DNA of 56,317 nt, counting the filler, from Catajapyx aquilonaris (taxonomy: Eukaryota), in assembly GCA_000934665.2 (NCBI GenBank). It is 3 parts of 3 records of this genome, joined end to end, with 100 filler letters (N's around TTAATTAATTAA, not from the genome) between each part and the next. Parts side by side here need not be neighbours in the genome. Positions count along the whole stretch, not along the records: positions 18,903 to 37,606 come from JYFJ02006652.1; 2 more parts are not named here. One strand, 5' to 3'. The position numbers and the translations under genes were made by a program. The notes beneath the pieces were generated by a model that worked only from the letters and a program-made list of their open reading frames with translations, searched no databases and was not told the DNA's origin. This document shows, in pieces, positions 23,781-36,137 of this stretch; positions within the stretch are counted from its first letter, which is position 1; each line of letters opens with the position of its first letter.

Positions 23781-24877
23781 GAGAAAAAAAAATCCCGCCA
23801 AACGTCTCAAAACGTCGCAACGTTGCCAACAGCCAATATTCAAAATTATGCAATGTATCCAATGCAAATCGAACGCAATTGCTCCAGAAAGTACACTATA
23901 AATTTAACCGTACGTAGATTGAAATAAATTCAATTACTCAAAAAAAAAATGCAAAAAAACGCAAAATATTGACGTTTCGTCCCGACATCTGGCGAGGCAC
24001 GTCGAAAGCTCAATAAATAAATGATCCCCAGCTTAATATTAGTTATTAAAAAGTAGCCACCAACGATTCGACGATTTCGACAGTTTAACTAGCAACATGC
24101 GGTACAAAAAATTTAACTAAGGTTTATTATCCGGACAGCAACCCACTCCGGGTTTTAATAGGCAAACTTATTTTATATTTTAATATTGTTTATTTCGGGG
24201 AGGGATCATGAATCGGGATTAAACAGTTATCATGTAATTAGGTACATGTAAGCAGCAGCTACGTTTGGGTCAGCCCCGCCCAAGATGGCCGATTGAGAAG
24301 AGAGAGAAAAAAAAGGAATAGAAGAAAAATTGAGAAGAAAGGAATGGACGCTCTTGCTATGTACGGAAGCGACGAGGAAAAAGAAGGAGACAGAAGCGGA
24401 CGAGGGAAGGTGGGCAAGGTGATTAAAAAAAAAAGAGACGCCTGATTGGGAAGGGAAGGTAGAAGAATGAGGGGGAGAAAGGGGTGTGGAACATGCCGAA
24501 CATGTTGGTCAAGTCTTAATTTGCTAATTAAATATTAATTATAGCCTAATTGATGTATTAATTGCATCAGTAGCCCCGTACTTAATAGTTAGCAAGAAGA
24601 AAAGTTGGGGTATTGAATAGAGGATTGGGTGCGGAACATGCCGGAATGTCACTGAATGGATTGTCGGGAAAGTGTTCGGTGTGCTGCCAATTTAATAAGA
24701 TAAGGTCCACACTGAAATGTCATCAACTTGTAATCAAGGTCGGTGTAACGGGTGGAAGGGTGCGAGGGAAGGTGGGTTCACTGGGTAGTAGGGACTCGTC
24801 GTAAGTGAGGTTCGGTGTTCAGGAGCACAACAGGTTGGGGCACTTTCCGGCTACGTCAGACATCGGAGGTTGCTTGA

Positions 24878-25348
24878 AGGCCCATTCACACAGGCCGTCG
24901 ACGGTTTTGGTTTTAGTTCTCGTCGACGCCGCAGACCAATCAGAGCGCGCCCTCATGTAAACAATAATAATAATAATGATAATAATAATAATGGATACCC
25001 CGTGATAGGCCTCTTAGGGGATCATCTTTTAAATACCCGACTTTAATCATTTGCCTGTAATGTGATGGATTTTGATAGTGGGAGGAAACGGGAGAACCCC
25101 GAGAAAACCCACGCGAACATGGAGAGAACCCATCGAAACTCTATCCACAAAAGTATCCTCCGTCCGACCCGGGGATCGAACTTGGGACCTTAGAGGTGGA
25201 AGGCTGCAGCGCTAACCACTCGGCCACCGTGTCGCCCCCCCCTCACGTAAACAACGCGTCATGGTTACCGTGAGGGCCCGCTGTGATTGGTCCGCGGCGT
25301 CGACGAGAACTAAAACCGAAACCGTCGATGGCCTGTGTGAATGGGCCT
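24878..25348. mobile_element. PIF/Harbinger-like MITE interrupted by a SINE
   Basis: ~78-bp TIRs (AGGCCCATTCACACAGGCC... / ...GGCCTGTGTGAATGGGCCT) flanked by TGA and TTA, a near match to a TWA TSD. Confidence 0.8.
24965..25239 (-). mobile_element. tRNA-derived SINE with V-domain-like core
   Basis: Minus strand has A-box TGGCCGAGTGG, B-box GTTCGATCCC, core GCGTGGGTTTTCTCGGGGTTCTCCCGTTTCCTCCCAC and an (ATT)n tail. TSD CCCTCA(T/C)GTAAACAA at 24950-24964 and 25240-25254. Confidence 0.9.
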
Positions 25349-25379
25349 TTAGATGTCCTTTAATTTCCTGGCGCGAATA

Positions 25380-25425
25380 TGACGCGAATGTCACTCGGGA
25401 GGCCATTTTGAAATATGACGTCTTA
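25380..25425 (+). promoter_or_regulatory. Putative promoter motifs of the RSRC2-like gene
   Basis: YY1-like GCCATTTTG and CRE-like TGACGTC in CpG-containing sequence ~300 nt upstream of the first coding exon. Confidence 0.3.
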
Positions 25426-25698
25426 TGGGGACAAATTACGAGACGGATGCGGTTCTGACATACAGGGCATGGTCTCCATTCGTCTAAGCGGTGATTACGC
25501 GGAAAATCCGAAAGAACCCGTCATTTGACGCACTTTCAATATTAATTGACACCCCCCTCCTCAGGGATGGAATATATTTCGTGTGCTGTGGACTCAAACC
25601 TTTTGAGTCCAGCAGGGAACATTTTCCCAAGGTGGCTTGCTTCTAACATTGAGCGACTTGAGCTTAACCGATTTTAAATTTCACAGGTTAAAAAGACC

Positions 25699-28600
25699 AT
25701 GAGTACTAGCGAGGCAGGCTCGACCGGCAGAGGTACCAGGGAAGCTCCGGACATCAATTACGACGAGGTCAAGATGGACATGAGTGAGGTAGGGCTCCAA
25801 GACATTTTGAAAGAGTTGTGTCCCAAAAAAAAACACAAAATTATTTAGAGGGAAATTTAAGGTAAATTTTTTTGGGCTCACAACTAAATTGTGTTGAAAA
25901 TTATTTCGCGGGATATTTTTGAAGATGCATGTCAGACTTATTGTTTTTTTTAAAAAAACGATTTGGCATGATGTTTCTGGCCAATAAATAATTGTTTCGA
26001 CTTGTTAAAAATTCTGCGAGACATTTTGACCTATGTGTACGACAAGTGTACAAAGTAACTGCGGGAGGTAATGAGTCGTGAACTTATAGAATAAATTTTG
26101 GCACATCTATGAATTAACTTGTACTGTCAGCAAATTAATGAGTAAATTAATTGATGTACACTAAAGCGATTGCAACCGTATGTAAGTCTGGCATGCATCA
26201 TTTAAATCTGAGGGTGTCTACAAGTGCGTAAGTTTTTTGGGGATTTTTAAAAAGTATTTTTTTTGGGGGTTCTTAAACTATATAGAAACAAACCCCTTCC
26301 CATTTTGCAAAGATATTAACACGCTCTGTTGAACTGAAAATATCCAAAACAAAACAAACAAAAAACAAATGAAGCTGGGATGAGAGCGATGAGGAGAAAA
26401 ATGGGCGAATTTTTCCCCAAAAAATGGACTTCGCCTCCGCTAGAGACAACTCAGCCTAATGCCAACCCCTGTAAAAAGAGGGTGAGTATATCAAATAATA
26501 TTGCCAAAAAAAAAAAATTGAGAATTTTTAATTAATTTTTTTTTTTGGGTGGACATGGCTCAGGTAACAAAAATATATTGCAAAAAAAAGTGCATATTTT
26601 TTTGCAAGCAAAGTGGCTCGAATCTGCTGTGGGATGCAAAAACTATTGCTTTTCATTTCCGATCCATTTATATTTAATGCCTCTTTTTTTTTTTGAAAAT
26701 GTGCAGTTTTTTGCATAGTATTTGTGTTAAATTTCGTTTCAAGGAGGGATTATTATAGTAAAATAATTTGCAAAAATGGGAATTAATTTCAGGGCACATA
26801 CCGAGTGTAATAAGATTGACCCATTAAATGCTACCATTCAGATGACATTGAAGTTGATTTCACATGAATGACGTTGTTAAGACAAAGAGCGCACTGCTTA
26901 AAACAATTTGGTACAAAAAGATGTGAAAGTAATGCTTGATTACACAAGAACAACTCGTTGCGACAATGACCACACTGGTTAAAAGATTTCTGTACAAAAT
27001 GATGCGAAAGTAATTAATAATTAATCCTCTGCAAGTCATGCAAGTGCCAAATTGAACTCGATATAAATTAGCAAAATTCTGTAAAGCGAGGTATGCCTGT
27101 ACTGGGTTAGTGTTGTTACACGAGGTGTAATTTGCATGTCGTTTAACATCGTATTAACATGTTGCATGCGTTAGCTGTCACACAGATGGTGCCACAATTT
27201 AGATTTTGACTTAGATTTTCTTAAAAATATTTTTGGGAATATTAGAGCCATCATTATTGGTGGAGGGAACGGGGGGGTAGGCCGCCACCACTTCTTGTTT
27301 CCCGTTGCAGGAATCCCAGAGCGATTTCGACACTGGGTCTGCCCATGCCCCTGTCCCACCTCCAGAGTCCTCCCCATCACCCGAGTCTGCCCTACCTTCC
27401 AGCAATGATTCCGACAGTTCCTCCCCAACCCTGCCCCCACCCATACAGCATGTCCCACCCACTTCCAAGTCCACAGTGTCCCCAATCAAACAGTATCAGA
27501 GAGAGGAAGGACGACGGAGGCGGAAGCGAGGCAGGCATGGCGGATCACCCAAGAACAAGGGCAGGAGCCGGAGCCCTTCACCCAACAACAAGGGGAAACA
27601 AAGAAGCCAGTCGCCAGGCAGGGGAAGGGGTCGAAGCCAGTCACCGGCCCATAAGGGGAAAGGGAGAAGTCGAAGTCAGTCTCCGGCCAGTAAGGGTCGA
27701 GGAAGGAGCCAGTCGCCACCCAACAGAGGGAAAGGGAGGACTCCTGAGAAGGGAAGGGATCGTAAGAGGTCGAGGAGTCGGGACAGGAGGTGGGTATACT
27801 CAGGCGAGATCTTGGTTCAGCTTGCTTATCGCTTGCATTTTCAGGGATCGGCAGTCTCACAGAGATCGGCGCCGGCCACGCTCACGTTCAAGGTCTAAGT
27901 CATCATCACCGTCTGACCGCAAGGGCAACCGGCGCTCAGCTCAACAGTCACGCCCGCAGCAGGGGCGGCCTCCTAGGCACTCAAGGTGGGGTTATGAAGC
28001 ACGGAAGAATCATGCAGGGGGAAGGTCATAGAAGTATGAGTCCAACATGCCCATTCTCAATGCTGCTATTGCATCCTGTAGCATCAGCTGTGACGATATA
28101 TGTAGCTTAGAATTGCCCGAAATGGTAACCTGTACTTGCTCTAACCAGACATCGTCGAGCAATAGGATATATTTCCCCCTCGCCATGTCACCCTATTTTT
28201 TCTAAACCTACATTCCCCCTCCCCCCACCACCCCAAATAAACACCATTTCGCCTTCACTATACAACGTATGACAAAGTATGTAAATAATTTGTGAACTTT
28301 CAGATCAAGGTCAAGATCATGGTCACCTCGCAGGCATCGGCGCCCATTCAATGGTGGACGCAAAAGAGGAGCTCCGCCGCCTTCACCACCTGAAGAGCCT
28401 ATCAAGCGCTTGGCATTTGTCCCGGCAACCAGCCAGGGGCTACCTACAGCTCCACCTGACCAGCCAGCAGTCGGGGTTCACTTGCCGGCAAACCCTGCTC
28501 CCTTGATGTCCCTTCCACCCATGGCCCCAACACTTGCGACCCACCAGCCTGGAGCAGGGTTCCATGGTCCACCTATGGGCACCACCACCAGCACCGTGAT

Positions 28601-29209
28601 CGGCCCGGAGGGAGTCCCTCTCATCATCCAGCACCCTCCACCGCTGCCACCAGGGATGGCCCGTGGGCCGCCCTTGAGTGGAGCACTGGCAGGAGCCAAC
28701 TTGTCCAAAGTGGCTCAGCAGATGAGCAAGCGGAAGTTGCTCTGGGGACATAAGGTGCGCTGAATTTTTTATGTAATAGTGTTACTATGGGTGATTTCTA
28801 TTGGCCTGACAGCAATTGGGGCACAAAATATGTTTCCGGAACTACTGTGAACTTAAACCATTTACGTCCTGAATCTTTGCAGGAAAAGGAAACGGCAGCT
28901 AGTTCCAGCAGCAACCACTGGGAGGGAACCCGGTTTGCGCAGGATGATGATGGGCGCATGTCGGCCAAGTTCAAGAGGCTTATGGGGATCAAGGGTGGAG
29001 AGGAGGAGGATCATCCCAAGGTTGTGGAGAAGGTGCCGGAGAAGGTGCCTGAGCCAAAGCCCAGCGCAGGAGGGGAGGACCTGCTGAGGCGGCAGGAAGA
29101 GATGTTCCAGTCGATGGAGCGGCAGTATGAGGCGGCCAGGGCGGCAACCCACACCCAGAGGGGGCTGGGACTGGGATTCTCATCAGCTTTTCATTATCAG
29201 AAGCCTTGA
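25699..29209 (+). CDS. RSRC2: Arginine/serine-rich coiled-coil protein 2-like (SMAP domain), 5 coding exons, ~495 aa
   Basis: Exons 25699-25788, 27311-27789, 27845-27985, 28304-28754 and 28883-29209 join in phase. RS-rich middle, KRKLLWG, and C-terminal WEGTRFAQDDDG...KFKRLMGIK...QYEAARAATHTQRGLGLGF. The first exon and start codon are less certain. Confidence 0.88.
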
Positions 29210-31117
29210 AGGATGGGCAGAAACGAGCAGGGAGGCATACGAGGAGTGCTGGTACACTGCGACAACATGTTGTGGACAGACACACACTACAGCTGTGACT
29301 GTCACTGGTAGTCACAGTGCTCGGACTGTTGGCGGATAAGCAAGGCAAGTTTACCAGAAGAGATGTGTAGATGAAACAGAGAATCATTGTTAGTACTGAC
29401 GAGGGAAGGTCGTGTCGAGATGAGTAAAATGTATGAAGAAGCAGCGATTTAAAAGACTGATTAATTTCGAAGCTGATTATGTTGCCTCGTCTCAGTTTAA
29501 TGTGGCTGCTCACCCCAATTTAAGTATCAATTGTTATAGTAATGTAGTTAATTACACAGGTTAGCATTAAAAAAAAACAACATATCTCTTTGCTTAGGCA
29601 CACATGAGTTCCCGAGATTTTTAGTCACCATGGAAACATTTTACATTTTGCGATGTCCACAACATTTTGTCTGGGTCACGTACATGTTGAAGTTGTCACG
29701 AACTGAAATGAATTTTATCAAGCCATTGAATGAAGCTTGAACTGTAGCAGAGTTTGTGATATTTCTTGGCATTGTTGCCGCATTGTCATAATATTTAAAC
29801 ATTTTGTAAGGGCAGAGAGTGCAGGATTGTGCCAGCATTTCGGCAAAAGTTTTCCTACAGCTCGATGAATCCGACTTGAGATCTGGAGCAGCTCCCTACC
29901 CCCTTTGAATATCGATGTACATAGTAACAATGTTCAATCTGAGTGTGGTTGATTGTTGCCTCTTTTTTTTAGGACATTGTCTCCTATTAGTGTAACGAGT
30001 GGCTTGGATTTTTTTCGCCTTTGTGTCCAGCAAGAAAAGTAAAACTGCTAGATCAGAGCGGATGTTTCATTTGAATAATGGATTGTCACAAGTACCGGTA
30101 TGACCTTTATGAAACTTTTACAGGCTGGTTACAGCAATATCATTCACTTCTCTAGTAGGGTATGTGAGATGTTGCGCTTGTATGTCCTTTTGGTAAGTTA
30201 TTGCTGATATATTGTTCACTCTATGACAGACTCTTCCAAGTGCAGACATTATTGAAGCCAGCAGTACAGCACATCACACCAGTTGGGCAAACATGATGTT
30301 TTATCCTGCTTATTGTATTTACCAAACATTTTTCTTCACTGTATTCAATATCGCCAGAGGTGGCAGGCATGACAGAATTTTTCAGCTCCGGAGAAAATCT
30401 GTTAACAGCTCAATATCTGTCAAGTAATACTGGCAACTTTTCCATAAATTATACTCCAGTGTTTGTACAGCTAATCCGTGAGAGAGGGAAACGAATTTCA
30501 AGGTACTGTGAGTTTCTTATGGATGTCCTTTATTGAATAAGATACAATGTCCCAATTTTGCATGTTAGTGAGTAATATTCCCAAATGTGAAATTATTTTA
30601 GTGAATATTGTGCTATGAATAACCACAAGACAAGTGTGCATAAAATTACTTTCAGGCAATATGAAAGTAGGTTCACTGCAGATTTGGGCCTACACCCCAG
30701 CAAACGAATACCGTATTTCATTTGCACGTTAAACAGGACACGCTATAAGTACAGTACATATTTGACATAATATCATGACATATACAGGAGATAAAATATT
30801 TTGAAATGTTCTGGAGTTTACAGCTCTACATGATGTGTAAGACAGCCCTGAAAAGGCATGTTCGAGTCATTCCATGTCAAATCACAGTTTGGAATTAAAA
30901 TTGGCCTTGACCCCTCAGATTTTGATGAAACTTGGTGTATCTAGTGTCCTTACATAGTTATGAATGAAAACCAAAAGAAATGTTTTTTTTTTTTTTCGCC
31001 TACCATTCAAGAGTTATTAAATATTAAATATTCCAATTTTTACTAAAAATTGCTGTGTCTTTAAATACTTGAGTATTATTTTCTCAGGAACCAGATGAGA
31101 TAGAAACCTGGGGAATG

Positions 31118-31380
31118 ATAATGGATACCCCGTGATAAGCCTCCTTGGGCTTTTTAGGGGATCATCTTTTAATAGACCGACTTTAATCATTTGCCTGTAA
31201 TGTGATGGATTTTGATAGTGGGAGGAAACGGGAGAACCCCGAGAAAACCCACGCGCACAAGGAGAGAACCCATCGAAACTATATCCACATAAGTATCCTC
31301 TGTCCGGTCCGAGGATCGAACTCGGGACCTTAGAGGTGGAAGGCTGCGGCGCTAACCACTCGGCCACCGTGTCGCCCGAT
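31118..31380 (-). mobile_element. Second copy of the tRNA-derived V-type SINE, inside the Sola2 left TIR
   Basis: Highly similar to 24965-25239. TSD AAACCTGGGGAATG at 31104-31117 and 31381-31394; absent from the right TIR. Confidence 0.92.
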
Positions 31381-31661
31381 AAACCTGGGGAATGTCTCAT
31401 AATGAAGGTCTTTCCATGGGCTTTAATTTAATATGTAACACGGCAGAGGTTATCATATTTATTAAAAATTTTAAACTCAATTAAATCTTTAAATGTAAGT
31501 ATTTCAAAAATTGATATTTTTTAAATTTTGAAAAAATTCCCAAAATTACTTAGTACTATCCTCTTGCATCTCCCAAAGTTTCATTTTGGGATCGCAATGG
31601 GATCAGGTGATACAGAGAGTACAGTACATGCTTCACATGTATGGAGAAATGCCACTTATTA

Positions 31662-32740
31662 CACAGCGCAACAAAAAAAAAAAAAAATCGGCGTGTTACT
31701 CGGAAATCACTATGTACGTACATCATGTTAGTAGGACCCAAAGTAGCTGGGAAACGCCCTGGATTTCTCTCCCAAAATGTGCAGTGGGTCAGGGTGACCA
31801 AAAATGCGAAAAATTCATAATATTGACGTCTGGCAACCACTGTAAGTTTCGGATTTGGTTTTTGCTGGCATTAGGTGTTACCTGGGGCTAGTCTGAAGCC
31901 ACTATGGTGTTTAAAGTCAATCTTTTATAGAAACTGTAGGTTTTCCAGGGTATTTTTTGTGGAAAAAATTCCGTTTTTTGGTACGTTTTCGTCAATTTTT
32001 GGGGAACAGTGCAGTGTATGGAAAAAGACTACGATTTCCATAAGCAACCCATGTACGCGTACGCGTACAAAAAAAAAAATACACGCGTACATGGGTTGCT
32101 TATGGAAATCGTAGTATTTTTTCCATACTATGGGGGTCCCTGACAGTTTGTTAGACTCAGAAGAATTCATATATTTTAAAGCCGAGGAATATTCGGTTTT
32201 AAATGTTGAAAAAAGTCAAATAACCAAAAATGCGAAAAACGCGATTTTACCCAAGTTTAGGCTTTTGCAGACGCGTACTAGGGTTGCTTGGAAAGTTCTA
32301 CTATTATTCCTTGATTGTAGGGTCTCTAAAGAGCCCATTACGCTACACTTTTTTTTTAAAAAAAAATCATACACTGTTCCCCAAAAATTGACGAAAACGT
32401 ACCAAAACACGGAATTTTTTCCACAAAAAATACCCTGGAAAACCTACAATTTCTATAAAAGATTGACTTTAAACACCATAGTGGCTTCAGACTAGTCCCA
32501 GGTAACACCTAATGCCAGCAAAAACCAAATCCGAAACTTACAGTGGTTGCCAGACCTGGAAATAGGCCAAAAAACGTCAATATTTTGAATTTATCGGATT
32601 TTTGGTCACCCTGACCCCCTGCACATTTTGGGAGAGAAATCCCGGGCGTTTCCCAGCTACTTTGGGTCCTACTAACATGATGTACGTACATAGTGGTTTC
32701 CGAGTAACACGCCGATTTTTTTTTTTTTTGTTGCGCTGTG
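31662..32740. mobile_element. Chapaev3-like (CMC) palindromic MITE
   Basis: TTA|CACAGCGCAACAAAA ... TTTTGTTGCGCTGTG|TTA: 3-bp TTA TSD, ~350-bp arms and an internal hairpin at ~32015-32130. Confidence 0.75.
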
Positions 32741-33373
32741 TTATCTGTAGTTTTAAAAACCATGATAAAGGCAATGGATTTCTTAGAGTGAACTGCTGGG
32801 CCCATGGCCCCGCCCCCAAACAAACTTCTCTCCTCCCTCCCCCACCACTATGGCACCATGACAACATGTATCTCTCCGCCAGAGGCGGACAACTTATTCC
32901 GATGGTGCTTATGCGCGCCGAAAAGAAGTGAAAAAAATATATTCGAACACCGTTGCCTTGGATTCGAACGATGCTTCGAAATTACGCGGGCACGGATCCC
33001 GATGCTCTTTTGTCTCTCGCCTTGAAAGTATAGTCCCCATGTGGCAAGGTTGCTGATTTTAATTTTTCGCGTTAGTAACTAATAACGCTATTCTAAATAA
33101 TGCTTTAGTGTTCATAAATTATGTCAGAACCAAATAATTGATATCGGCCGAATTCCTTTTTAAAATACACCGTCAATTACATTTATGTATTTCACCTGGC
33201 AACCTTACTGTGACGCACGGTCATACAGGCGATCCCATTGGTAGGCGCGGGGGGGCGTGTCTGTTCACTCTAATACAGGCGATCCCATTGGTTCGCCCAG
33301 GGGGGCGTGTCTGTTCACTCTTAAGCTCCAAGGAATCCGTTCCCTATAGTGCCGAATGAACATTTTATTCTTA

Positions 33374-34618
33374 CAAGGGAAGGTCACGTGGTGATAATGT
33401 CGGATCTTGATGAAATTGGACATGCTAATACAGGACAATATATGATGCCCAAAAATGAAATATTTCGTGCTGAACCCCATATTTGCAAAAGTTATGACGT
33501 CTTAAAGTTCCAAAAATAATACATTTTCATACTCCATGGGATTACATTAGCGACCACATATAATGACATTGAAGTGTGTAATCAGTTTCTAGACCTTTTC
33601 TCGTCGGAAAAAAGTCCTACAGAACTGCTCTGGCCGTCCGTCCGTCCGTCTGCGGACAGGTATAAAGGCCTAAACCGTAAGAGATAGCGACAAACGGTTT
33701 TCATATTCGGATTGAGAGTGACCAAAATAGGTTTCATGGTCAACTTCTGGTGACCCTCCACTTCCGGTCTTCCGGGTTCACTTTATCCGCACAAGTCTAT
33801 ACTTTACGGGCGGTTGGATTTCGAAGTTAGTTTCCGTGTATTCCTGACCGTGTTTTTCGGGGATTTACTCCGGGTTTTACCTGACTCTCTGGCACAAGGG
33901 CAGTGGAATATATTCCTGACGTTGGACATGTTTGCAATGAGCGTCATCGGCCGCCGTCGATATATCGTAACCTAGGCAACATATCGATNGATGTTATCGC
34001 CCAAGCCGATACTGAAATCGATATGTTGCTTAGGTTACGATATATCGATTCACATGCTCCCTGAAAGAATGAGAAAAGGTCTCATCGAATCACGCTCACG
34101 TGAGGTTAAACCCGGAGTAAATCCCTGAAAAACAGGGTCAGGAATACACGGAAACTAACATCGAAATCCAACGATAACCCGCCCGTAAAGTATAGACTTG
34201 TGCGGATAGAGTGAACCCGGAAGACCGGAAGTGGCGGGTCACCAGAAGTTGACCATGAAACTTATTTTGGTCACTCTCAATCCGAATATGAAAACCGTTT
34301 GTCGCTATCTCTTACGGTTTAGGCCTTTATACCTGTCCACAGACGGACGGACGGACGGCCAGAGCAGTTCTGTAGGACTTTTTTCCGACGAGAAAAGGCC
34401 TAGAAACTGATTACACACTTCAATGTCATTATATGTGGTCGCTAATGTAATCCCATGGAGTATGAAAATGTATTATTTTTGAAACTTTAAGACGTCATAA
34501 CTTTTGCAAATATGGGGTTCAGCACGAAATATTTCATTTTTGGGCATCATATATTGTCCTGTATTAGCATGTCCAATTTCATCAAGATCCGTCATTATCA
34601 CCCCGTGACCTTCCCTTG
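33374..34618. mobile_element. Foldback element with ~500-bp arms containing a Helentron/DINE-1-like insert
   Basis: TTA|CAAGGGAAGGTCACG ... CGTGACCTTCCCTTG|TTA with near-perfect arms. Includes a (GTCC)n microsatellite and an AGACCTTTTCTC / GAGAAAAGGTCT subterminal pair. Confidence 0.8.
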
Positions 34619-35099
34619 TTAGTATGAAGAATTTATGGTGCAAATGTCAGTTTCATTTTTAAAATACAATTAAGGTAAATTAATTGAACGAATTTTAGCT
34701 AAACTTTAAATAATTTAAAATGATTTAGATTGTATAAAAGGAGAAACCAGACTGGAGCTTATGAATTGCTCCTTCCCACCCACTCAAGATTCTATTTATC
34801 TTGAGAATCTATTGTGTGATGGTGGGTGTGCATGTGTGAATGAGTGAGTGAGTGATGGGTGGACTGTGTGTAGGCTATGTATGTGAGAACAAGTTTGAAA
34901 CCATGCTACTTGTTTACACAAGGGTATGTTTTTCAGTCAGTCTACCATTAGTGCTCCTCCTAGTAGGATCATTTTAATTGTACTGCGACATTTTTGTTTC
35001 CTGAAAATTCAGAACAGTGAGTGGTAGCGCTTTATTGTGAATTTCTAGTGTTCATCATATTACTAGCAAGCTATTATTCTAACAATAATTCCCTCCATC

Positions 35100-35330
35100 A
35101 TGAATCCCATGGGAAAGACTGCATTGGATACATTGACCTGCGTGAACCCTTTTAAAAAGCCTCATCATGCCAGTGTAAGAAAGGAATTAAGATCTGTTAC
35201 GCCATGGATGTGCTCATTGCTGCCAGGAATCCCTGAATATTCTAAAATCTGTGATAGCTGTAGAAAGCAGTTTTCAAAGCTGAAGAAGGAGAGGCAGAGA
35301 AGAGGATCTCCCCAGCACCAGCCAGTGTGA
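35100..35330 (+). pseudogene. N-terminal remnant of the Sola2-type transposase
   Basis: TCVNPFKKPHH...LRSVT...KICDSCRKQFSKL zinc-finger-like motif just inside the right TIR; the catalytic part is missing. Confidence 0.6.
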
Positions 35331-36137
35331 CCCTGAACCTGGGAATGATGCTACTGGCTATAAGTGACTTTTGTGAAAACCTCGATTGGGTATGATGGGT
35401 ATTTTCCGACGTGTGAAACGTGTACTCTCTGTATCACATGATCCCATTGCGATCCCAAAATGAAACTTTGGGAGATGCAAGAGGATGGTACAAAGTAATT
35501 TTGGGAATTTTTTCAAAATTTTAAAACGATCATTTTTTTGAAATATTTACATTTAAAGACTTAATTGAGTTTAAATTTTTTAAATAAATATGATAACCTC
35601 TGCCGTGTTACATATCAAATTAAAGCCCATGGAAAGACCTTCAATATGAGACATTCCCCAGGTTTATATCGCATCTGGTTCCTGAGAAAATAATGCTTGA
35701 GTATTTCAAGGCGCAGCTGTTTTTAGTCAAAATTGGAATATTTAATATTTAATAACTCTTGAATGGTAGGCAAAAAAAAATCTTTCTTTTGGTTTTCATT
35801 CATAACTATGTAAGGACACTAGACACACCAAGTTACATCTGAAAATCTGAGGGGTCAAGGCCAATCGCTGTGATGATTTGACATGGAATGACCCGTTCGT
35901 AATTTGCATTTGTTCTAGACAGTGTCTGGTGCATTTCTTGTTTTATCTGCCAAACATTTTAACACATACGAGTATAAGAAATTGAAGAGTCAGTATAATT
36001 TCTTTCCTTATTTGGTGTGTACAGTTTGGAAGCAATATCTTCAATATTATGTGAAAAACTCATTTCCTATTTCTCTGCAGGACACTGCAATATATAGCCT
36101 ATCTATTCACATTCTGAACCTGTCTGACTGTACGTGG

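Larger units (their letters stand above)
30864..35894 (+). mobile_element. Non-autonomous Sola2-type element with ~500-bp TIRs and nested insertions
   Basis: GTTC|GAGTCATTCCATGTCAAATC ... GATTTGACATGGAATGACCC|GTTC gives a 4-bp TSD and GRG termini. 30864-~31650 (minus the SINE) is an inverted copy of ~35400-35894. Confidence 0.82.

Noticed and set aside
24100..24830. Solo LTR or DIRS terminal repeat
   Set aside because: Composition is suggestive, but I could not define TG...CA ends, a TSD or a second copy.
25165..25239. tRNA genes (also 31305-31377)
   Set aside because: The tRNA-like heads are fused to a SINE body and tail and flanked by TSDs.
31662..32740. Transib MITE or RSS-like heptamer (CACAGCG)
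   Set aside because: The flanks show a 3-bp TTA duplication, not the 5-bp TSD of Transib.
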